From Octopus bimaculoides (lineage: Eukaryota): DNA of 59,545 nucleotides. The stretch lies in the NCBI RefSeq assembly GCF_001194135.2, contig NC_068981.1, forward strand, positions 81,847,303-81,906,847. Reading direction: 5' to 3'. The translations under genes and the position numbers were made by a program. Under the pieces are notes generated by a model, which made no database searches, was not told where the DNA came from, and worked only from the letters and a program-made list of their open reading frames with translations. How positions within the stretch are numbered: position 1 is the stretch's first letter; each line of letters begins with the position of its first letter. Positions 50,335-59,545 of the stretch are shown here, in pieces.

Positions 50335-50489
50335 CCTTTCTTTATTGGTCACAAGGGCCAAACACAAAAACATTTAGGGACAATACAAAACGAGAGACAA
50401 GTGGGGTTTAAAACAGAAAACATGCAAACAATAAAAAAACAAAAGCAGTTAACAAAAAATCTAACTACAAAATTCCCCAATAGTGGGGA

Positions 50490-51000
50490 GTTCCAATCAA
50501 GGCTAACTAGGGCACCCACATATCCTGGTCACCCAGACTGCCAAGAGCATGCCAGGGAGGCACCCCTCTTCCCTTCAACTGCTCTGGCTTACAGACGAAT
50601 ATTCAGAGTAGGCCCATTCATACGAGTCAGGGCTATCCACCATTCGTTGTTGACGATTGCGCCCGCCAACTTCCGATTAACTAACTTACTAACCTGGTTT
50701 CTGAAAGCTTGGCGGGCTGGGAAGGGCGCGTTCAGCTTCTATTATCTGGGACCCTGTCTATGGATCCTATCTATGTCGACTGTACAGATCACAAATTTAT
50801 GATCCATGTAGCCGACGACTTTGAAACGTGGACAACTTATACTACTAGTACTACTACTACTACTTACAGGCCTACAAAATACTCTATCTAGATACGATCT
50901 GGAAGACCCGATGCGGTTTGCCCATGTCCACATTGGTGCATTCGGGAAATCCAGGCAGTACCTGCCAGCCAACAGGAAACGACTGAGCAGATTTGTGGTT
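50490..51000 (-). mobile_element. L1/Tx1-type LINE, endonuclease C-terminus and linker fragment
   Basis: WTWANRIGSSRSYLDRVF...SCPRF...GYMDHKFV...GPR**KLNA...GAIVNNEWW corresponds to APE endonuclease motifs (SRxDR, SDH) and the GxWKLN linker; stops present. Confidence 0.8.
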
Positions 51001-52316
51001 TCTTTGATAAAATATTTTAGATCCTGAACACTTGACTGAAAATTATGCTTAAACAATTAACTCCTCACAAAATGTCTACTGTAGTTAATCCAAATAATAT
51101 CATTGATATTTATAAGATTATTACTAATGACCGTGAAGGTACATGGCCTAGTGGTTCGATTCTCTGACTGGGCATCATGCTGTGTACTTGAGCAAAACAC
51201 TTCACTTCATGTTGCTCCAGTCCCATTTTCGATCAGGGGGCGGAAAGCCGGCTTGCTCACCTAGCCAGTGGGGTGGCGTCATTTGAAGGCTAATACAATG
51301 CAAAAACACATTGTGACCAGCGTTGTGTAACAACAGCTGATAGCCAGGTCGGTCAAGTGATCACGTGATTATTGATGTTTATATGTTTGCCTCTAATTTT
51401 CACTTTCATAAAACTTTCCTTAGAGCATTCCCCTCTCTTCCTAAACATAATACTAATACTAACAGTTTACTCCTGACTTTGACTGCCATTACTATTGTAA
51501 ATGAAGGCCTAGGTGAGCTCAAAACTTCCCATCTTAAACATCCTGAACAATATAACAAAAGCAGAAGGTGTGAGGTTCAATGGTTTACACCTCCATTTTG
51601 ATTACAAGTTAAATCTTAGCCTAAACTGTTCTTCAATATTCCAAAGTCTAATTTCCCTCCTCAACATAAATGCCATTCCATATTTTGCACTTCCACTATA
51701 AAGCTTTCTTATTCAACTGCACCTAATTTTGGATCAATTATTGTGGCTGCCAACAGATGAAAATTTGGCCTAATCCATACGTTCTCTTGAGTGTCTTACA
51801 ACAGTATATCTGGTAACACTGAATATAATGATTATAATAATGAATTTTGTGTGATTAGAAGCAACATTAGCAGTTCTAATAACAGTAGTAATATTATCCA
51901 CAATAAAATATAAGTACTCCATTTTTTATGGCAATGAGAGTTCCAGTTGATCCGATCAATGGAACAGCCTGCTTGTGAAATTAACGTGCAAGAGGCTGAG
52001 CACTCCACAAACACATGTACCCATAACGTAATTCTCAAGGAGATTCAGCGTGACACAAATGAGACAAGGCTGGCCCTTTGAAATACAGCTACTACTCATT
52101 TTTGCCAGCAGAGTAGAATGGAGCAACGTGAAATAAAGTGTCTTACTCAAGGACACAACGCGTCGTCGGGAATTGAACTCATGATCTTACCATCAAAGCT
52201 GAACACCCTAACCACTTATCCACAGTAACAATTCAAAAAATAACAACCTTACTGGAGTAGAAAGCAAAACTAAAGCTTAAACTAAAAATATACTTTGGAA
52301 TCACTCTCATAACTGG

Positions 52317-52410
52317 AATCAGTTACGGAGTTTGCCAGAAGATTCTCATAGAAAAGCTGAACATGCACCGTGTTGCAGCAAAGATTATCATTCAGCTTTG
52401 GATGCTCGAT
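52317..52410 (+). mobile_element. Short mariner HTH-region fragment
   Basis: GISYGVCQKILIEKLNMHRVAAK matches the mariner segment preceding WVPxxL. Confidence 0.55.
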
Positions 52411-54341
52411 TAAAAGCAGCAGTCTTGACATTGAATGAGATTACTAGGTGCAGCCGTTTGGATGCTGACTGGACACTGACCCTCTTTTATTAGTGACAGT
52501 ACTTTTTAGCACCAGAGGGACACACACAGTTATATATAAATACACACGCATGCACACAAACACACGCACAAGTATGCACACTCATGCGCGCAAGCATGCA
52601 CATACACATACGCATGTACATACATAAGCACGCAAACACACACACATACGCATATACACACACACATACACATGTACATAAGCTCAAATATACACATGTA
52701 GAATGAAAGAGAGAAGGAGAGGGAGAAAGAGAGAGAGGGAAGCATGAGAGAGAGAGATTACAATTTATTAATTGAACCTGAGTGACGTAAACACTTTCCC
52801 TCTCCTCATATACATAAAGAGAAATATGCTCACACACACACACAGAGTGAGAAGGGAGGAAAAGAAAGGGAAGAGAAAGTGAGAGGGGGAGGGAAAGAGA
52901 GAAGGAAAAGAAATAGAGAGGGGAGAGAAAGGAAAGGAGAAAATGTGAAAAATATTAAAACATCTGATATCAAATAAGCCAGCATTGAATTAGCGACACC
53001 AAAATGGCAGTGTCAAAATGGCTGCGCCAGAACCTCTTATTTCCCTTTTGATATTTACTTTGTATTTTGCGAGAACGCTGACGAAGCTTTACTATTCTGG
53101 GTAAAATTCTATAAAAACGAAATTTTGGGTTGGGAAGGAAGATTTCTAGTAAACCATGTCAAAGGTTAAGGAAGGGAGACTGAATGGTTAATTGAAAGAA
53201 ATTAAATAAAACTTAAGGTGAGTGAAAGTCAAAGTGCAATTATTTTAAGTTGTGTAATTATAAGAGTATTATTTATTTTGAATTGACAGAGGTCATAATG
53301 AAAATAAAACAAGCCGAAACATGTTTTTCTTTGTTCTGTATAATATGTATGTATGTGGGGATGTGTACTTTTGCATGCATTTGTATATGTGTGTGTTTTT
53401 TGTGTGATAGACAGAAACTGAAAGATGCCTGTTGTGTGTGTGTGTGTGTGTGTGTTGGTACACTTTTGCTTGTATGTGCGCATATTAAACTATTTGCATT
53501 GTGTTATTATTCGGTAAGTCGATGATGTGTTAATATTGTAAGTGAAAGCATAATCACATAATGGTGTCAGTTGAAAGTTTCTCGTTGAATATATAATTTA
53601 TATGCTCTATTTAATTTATCATCATCATCATCATCATCATCATCATCGTTTAACGTCNNNNNNNNNNNNNNNNNNNNNNNNNNNNNNNNNNNNNNNNNNN
53701 NNNNNNNNNNNNNNNNNNNNNNNNNNNNNNNNNNNNNNNNNNNNNNNNNNNNNNNNNNNNNNNNNNNNNNNNNNNNNNNNNNNNNNNNNNNNNNNNNNNN
53801 NNNNNNNNNNNNNNNNNNNNNNNNNNNNNNNNNNNNNNNNNNNNNNNNNNNNNNNNNNNNNNNNNNNNNNNNNNNNNNNNNNNNNNNNNNNNNNNNNNNN
53901 NNNNNNNNNNNNNNNNNNNNNNNNNNNNNNNNNNNNNNNNNNNNNNNNNNNNNNNNNNNNNNNNNNNNNNNNNNNNNNNNNNNNNNNNNNNNNNNNNNNN
54001 NNNNNNNNNNNNNNNNNNNNNNNNNNNNNNNNNNNNNNNNNNNNNNNNNNNNNNNNNNNNNNNNNNNNNNNNNNNNNNNNNNNNNNNNNNNNNNNNNNNN
54101 NNNNNNNNNNNNNNNNNNNNNNNNNNNNNNNNNNNNNNNNNNNNNNNNNNNNNNNNNNNNNNNNNNNNNNNNNNNNNNNNNNNNNNNNNNNNNNNNNNNN
54201 NNNNNNNNNNNNNNNNNNNNNNNNNNNNNNNNNNNNNNNNNNNNNNNNNNNNNNNNNNNNNNNNNNNNNNNNNNNNNNNNNNNNNNNNNNNNNNNNNNNN
54301 NNNNNNNNNNNNNNNNNNNNNNNNNNNNNNNNNNNNNNNNN

Positions 54342-54683
54342 ACATGAGATGCACCATTTTGAGCGTGGCCGTTGCCAGTACCGCCTGACTGGCTCCTGTA
54401 GGATTTTCGAGCGAGATCGTTGCCAGTGCCCCTGGACTGGCTTGTGCGGGTGGCACATAAAAGACACCATTTCGAGCGTGGCCGTTTTCGTGCGGGTGAC
54501 ACGTAAAAGCACCCACTACACTCTCTGAGTGGTTGGCGTTAGGAAGGGCATCCAGCTGTAGAAACTCTGCCAAATCAGACTGGAGCCTGGTGTTGCCATC
54601 CGGTTTCACCAGTCCTCAGTCAAATCGTCCAACCCATGCTAGCATGGAAAGCGGACGTTAAACGATGATGATGATGATGATGA
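54342..54683 (+). mobile_element. SINE family A, young copy
   Basis: Its last ~160 nt read identical to positions 1-160. Confidence 0.88.
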
Positions 54684-55237
54684 TATATATACTAGTTTGT
54701 TTAAAAAACCTAAATACTTATGTAAATGCTTCCTCTTTACTGTTGATATAAACATATTATGCATGTTTGTTTAAGTTATTTACTTTTTTAAAATTTATAT
54801 TGGTTTCAAATTTTGGCACAAGACCAGCAATTTCAGAGGAAGGGGCAAGTCAATGCCAGTACTTAACTGCTACTCATTTCATCGACTCAGAAAGGACTAA
54901 AAGCAAAGTCAACTGTTAAGTTTTTGCCTGGTGTGCTAACAATTCTGTTAGCTCACCACCTTAATTTGTAGATTTTTATGAACATAAAGATTGAAAATTA
55001 AAGTGTATAGTTTTAGGCACCTGATGATGGGAAGCCCAATTGTGAATTCCTTATATCTTTATCTCCTTACTCTGGGTTGTCCTTCATTCTTGTAAAGTGG
55101 AAAGTGTTTATGGATTCTTAGCTTGTGGGGATTGTTTACTTTAGTATTGTTTGGTTTTCTTTATAGGTAACCTCATTAGCCTTGGAAATTACGTAGATAT
55201 TGGTATCTAGTTTTGGGAGGTTCTATGGAATGTATTA

Positions 55238-56130
55238 CAAGGAGGTGTTGGAAAGTTCCTGGCTTTGGGTAAAAGAAAATAAGGAGGATCAATTAATTAT
55301 GATTTTATTCAACATATTCTCCTCTCAGATTCACACACTTATTTCAGAGGTTTTTCAGTTTTTCTAAACCCTGTAAAAAGAACTTGGAAGGTTGGGCCTT
55401 TAATCAGGTCTCTATAGCAGCATTCACTTCTGAACCAGAGAGAAATTTTGTTCCTTTGAGTTCTTTCTTCAGTCGTAGAAAAACAAAATGATAGCCAGAA
55501 GGCCTAAGTCAGGAGAGTAAGGTGGGTGCTTACAAGTTCGAAGCTAAAGCTGTGTATTTTCCGTAATGCTTCAAGTGGTATGCGAGCTGGCGCATTGACC
55601 TGCAAAAACAGTACACCACGGCTCAGCTTTCCATGGTGTTTCTACTTCAAAGCCTCATGCAGTTCATCCAACAGACACAAGTAGTATTCTGAATTGATAG
55701 CGCGACGCTTTGGCAGGTATTTTATGAGGAGTACTCCATCTTTGTCCCAGAACACTGAAGCCAGAATCTTTCCAGCTGACTTTTGGGTCCGAAACTTCTT
55801 GGGATGCGGTAAACCGCCGTGTGCCACTATATTGAATGCTGCTTGGTCTGGGGATCATAATGACGAAGCAAAGTTTCATTCATGGTAACTAAATGAGTCA
55901 TAAAATCAGCCTCTCTCGCTACAAACTGGTCCAAAATTGCCTTTGGTGTCATCATTCTGATGCATTTCTGATCTGTGTTCAAGCATTTTGGCACCCATTT
56001 TATGGAAAACTTTCTCATGTCTAATACTTTCGCAGGAAATCCCCAGCGTTTCAGCTATGACTTTAAATGAAATTCGACGGTCCTCGAGAATCACGACGTG
56101 CGCAATGTCACCTTTGTCCTTTGTGGTTGC
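55238..56130 (-). mobile_element. Mariner (DD34D-type) transposase pseudogene
   Basis: Fragments MILEDRRISFKVIAETLGIS, MRKFSIKWVPKCL, VTMNET..HYDP.TK, PKKFRTQKSAGKILASVFWDKDGVLLIKYLP and AINSEYY; TA-flanked terminus at 55236-55238; multiple stops and frameshifts. Confidence 0.9.
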
Positions 56131-56309
56131 GGAAGTTGCTGCCTTGACCTACTAATATATGCACACTGTCATTTACACATACGCACAAATATATGGTATT
56201 GTCAGTCTGAACAAAATATTAGAGCACTCATTGAAAATAGTACGAAATATATGAAAATATCATAACAAGCTAATTGCACTTACAAAGATATTGAGTCTTA
56301 TGGTGACAA

Positions 56310-57090
56310 TCATGTTAGGATGGCCTTTTAAGAAGCTCACTTTGCGATCGCATGGTTTCAGTTTCAGTCCCAAGGTGTGGTAACTTAGGCTAGTGTTTTC
56401 TGCTATAGCTCTGGGTTGATCAATACCTTCTGGGTGAATTTGGTTGACGGAATCTATGTGGAATCCTGTCGTCTATGTATGTATGTATGTATGTATGTAT
56501 GTATGTATGTATGTGTGCATGTATGCATGTATGTACGTATATATGTACGTATGCATGTGTGTATATATATGTATATGTGTGTATGTGTGTATATGTATGT
56601 GTGTGTGTATGTGTATATATATATATATATGTGTATGTATGTGTGTATGTTTGTGCGTGTGTATGTATGTATGCATGTATGTACGTACGTGTGTATGCAT
56701 GTATGTGCGTATGTATGTACGTGTGTCTATATATGTGCGTATGTATATATGTGTGTATGTATGCATGTACGTATGTGTGTATGTATGTANNNNNNNNNNC
56801 TATATATGTGCGTATGTATATATGTGTGTATGTATGCATGTACGTATGTGTGTATGTATGTATGTACGTATGTAGGTATGTGTGTGTATGTATTCATGTA
56901 TGTATGTATGTGTGTATATTTGTTACCCCAGCTGCTAGTTGACAACTGGTGACATTTTGTTTATGTCCCCATAACTTAACAATTTTGCCAAGGAAACCAA
57001 TAGAATAAATACTGGAGTCAATTTGTTCGACAAAATACTTCAGGGCAGTGCTGCAGCATGGTCGCTGTCTAGTTGCCTGAAATGAGTAAA
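56310..57090 (+). mobile_element. CORE-type SINE (family C) split by a ~450 bp (TATG/TG)n expansion
   Basis: 5' half at ~56310-56475, 3' half at ~56920-57090, microsatellite in the usual internal position. Confidence 0.65.
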
Positions 57091-57174
57091 AATTCCACAG
57101 ACACACATTCATATAGCAAATACCGTACGACATTCTTGATTAATCAAAATTATCTTCTTCTCTAGAAGGCCTAT

Positions 57175-57559
57175 TGTTGTTGGCACTCCGTCGCTTACGA
57201 CGTCGAGGGTTCCAGTTGATCCGATCAACGGAACAGCCTGCTCGTGAAATTAACGTGCAAGTGGCTGAGCACTCCACAGACTCGTCTACCCTTAACATAG
57301 TTCTCGGGGATATTCAGCGTGACACAGTGTGACAAGGCTGACCCTTTGAATTACAGGTACAACAGAAACAGGAAGTAAGAATGAGAGAAAGTTGTGGTGA
57401 ATGAGTACAGCAGGGTTCGCCACCATCCCCTGCCGGAGCTTCGTAGAGCCTTAGGTGTTTTCGCTCAATAAACACTCACAACGCCCGGTCTGGGAATCGA
57501 AACCGCGATCCTATGACCGCGAGGCCGCTGCCCTAACCACTGGGCCATTGCGCCTCCAC
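57175..57559 (-). mobile_element. tRNA-derived SINE family B, full length, 11 bp TSD
   Basis: Reverse complement of the 24041 element; TSD agaaggcctat at 57164-57174 and 57560-57570. Confidence 0.9.
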
Positions 57560-58543
57560 AGAAGGCCTATAATAATTACCAAAAAGCAAATTCAGACCAG
57601 CTCCACATAAGAAGGGGAAATTATCTCTGAAATCAAAACTCCTTCAAAGTTGATATGCCATTAAGGAAAAAGAGATGTTTATTGTTTGGAGATAAGAGGA
57701 CAGTCGTAGACACGTGTCTCTACCTCAATTGGCATCATCAGCATGACAATTATCCAACCTTAACCCTAGAATCCAAAGGACTTATACTTATACAAAAAGT
57801 GTAGAACCCATAATGGACAAGATAATTTGCATAATTTAAACAAAATGGTGTTAAGAGAAAGAGGCCAGTGATATGCATTTGAACAACATAGACAAATACA
57901 GGTATATCAAATACCATACAACAAGAATTCTTGATTTATTAAAATTATTTCTACTTTTAGATTGATATTACAAAAAATAATTTTAGACTTAAAAAAAAAC
58001 AACAAAAAACAAGCGTACATTAAAGCACGTAGCCTGGAAAACATTACTATTAGTTAAAAAAAAAAGAAAAGAAAAGCAGGGTAGTTACGGATGGAAAGCC
58101 TTTGATGCAAAATCTACTCGATCAATGCAATATGAAGCTAACCATAGCAGCTATAGTAATTAATAAATTTTGTTCTTATAGATAGTTGCCAATCACACGT
58201 CATGTTTATGTTTATGACATCAATGTATCTATTACGTTTGTTTATATAGATATTCTTTGAAATTTGTTGAAAACAAATATCATTGTCGTGATATTACTGT
58301 TGGTGCAGAATGGATGACTCAATGTTTAGCAGAATAGTTCAGGGAATAAGGCAGGTTCGTTCAGTTTTCAATCATATGTTGTCCGTGTTATTCCTTATGA
58401 ACCTGTCTTACGCTTACTCGCTCGTTGATATTTATTACTCACGACTCTGGCAGTGTCCCACAAAATACATACCAGGGTGAGTTCTCTTTCCCTTCTCTAA
58501 AAAAGCTTGAAACCTAGAAATTTTATGATGAGGAAAAATAATA

Positions 58544-59039
58544 CCAGTACGAAATATCGACCTTTTCCGTAAAAAGTGTCTTCGGCGATCTTTACCAAAG
58601 AACGGCCTTTTCCGTAACACCCGCACGATCTTCACTAGGGTGTTAGGGTTAGGGTTTTAGTGTCAGGGTTAAGGTTTTGGGGTTAGTTTTAGGGTTAGGG
58701 TTAGGTTTAGTGTTGAGGGTTAGGGTTAGGGTTACGGTTAGGGACGGAATTCCCTAACCCAAACCCTAACCCTAAAACCCTAACCGTAATCGTAAGCCTA
58801 ACCCTAAACTCTTCAAACCCTAACCCTAAAACCCTAACCGTAACCCTAGCCCTAAAACCCTAACCGTAACCCTAGCCCTAACCCTAAACCCTTCAAAAGA
58901 AATCGCGCTCTCTGTATCTCTTTCGCTTTTACGACGTCGTTTTCCTCTTTCCCTCCAACACTTTTTACGGAAAAGGCCGATCTTTGGTAAAGATCGCCGA
59001 AGACACTTTTTTACGGAAAAGGCCGATATTTCGTACTGG
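58544..59039. mobile_element. TA-flanked foldback element with 74-75 bp TIRs enclosing inverted telomere-like arrays
   Basis: 58544-58617 versus 58965-59039: 2 mismatches and 1 indel. TA at 58542-58543 and 59040-59041. (TTAGGG)-like at 58636-58743, (CCCTAA)-like at 58752-58893. Confidence 0.85.
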
Positions 59040-59488
59040 TATCGAAAGATCGCCTAAGTTTGTGATGTACATAGATTTCTCCAAAGAGACAGTATCTTCG
59101 GGAAATGTACTATACGTCTTACACCTGTAAATCGACACCGTTTACCAACACTTTTTACTTGGAATTTATAGATGAGCGTCAGTGATTTTGGAATATTGGA
59201 TGATTGCTATAAAGAAATGTTTTAAAGGGTTTTCATGATCATGTCACACTCAGAAACTTCCATCTGATTTTATTTAAATAATGTATGAATGATGAACGAC
59301 TTGGTTCAGCTAATCAAGAAACTGTCTTCTGTTAAGCACACTATTTGTCTGGTGGTAGGAAATATATAAAGAAAAACTCTCCCTCGGTGTCTATGCTTGG
59401 CGTTTGAGTAACAGGGAAATAAACGCCATCGCTTGTTTGAGGATATCTTCAAAAACCTAATGAGGCCTTATGACATCATACAAATACG

Positions 59489-59545
<57 letters not shown>

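Noticed and set aside
52998-53030. Two YY1-like aaaatggc motifs
   Set aside because: Short, no nearby exon or other promoter evidence; plausibly a repeat remnant.
56416-56952. Overlapping 140-180 aa ORFs on both strands
   Set aside because: (TATG/TG)n microsatellite inside a SINE.
58636-58893. Relic of a chromosome end-to-end fusion
   Set aside because: The junction polarity fits, but the arrays are short and enclosed by matched TIRs and a TA duplication, which a fusion would not produce. Not fully excluded without a copy-number search.

Overview
AT-rich, repeat-dense eukaryotic DNA from a gapped draft assembly (six N runs). It is not prokaryotic: there are no operons, rRNA, genuine tRNA genes or CRISPR arrays. 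The SINE families and microsatellite load point to an octopus genome; this is inference from pattern recognition, not a database search. The one well-supported gene is a minus-strand, intron-rich SOWAH (sosondowah)-family gene. Four coding exons splice in frame with canonical GT-AG sites: 41627-41504, 30200-30139, 18726-18379 and 13674-13531, together 226 aa of N-terminus. The ankyrin-repeat exons expected downstream were not found and probably lie left of the window. The rest is mobile-element debris: several SINE families (some young, with 10-13 bp TSDs), RTE and L1/Tx1 LINE fragments, mariner, Tc1 (DD37E-like) and pogo-like remnants, and several MITEs. The most unusual items are (i) a TA-flanked foldback element at 58544-59039 with 74-75 bp TIRs enclosing head-to-head TTAGGG/CCCTAA telomere-like arrays, (ii) a near-perfect ~200 bp hairpin and inverted SINE pairs inside the SOWAH pre-mRNA (candidate A-to-I editing substrates), (iii) a 32-bp-period minisatellite in CpG-retaining intron 1, and (iv) an old duplication of the intron segment next to exon 4. 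I could not support a new multi-gene system from this sequence alone.
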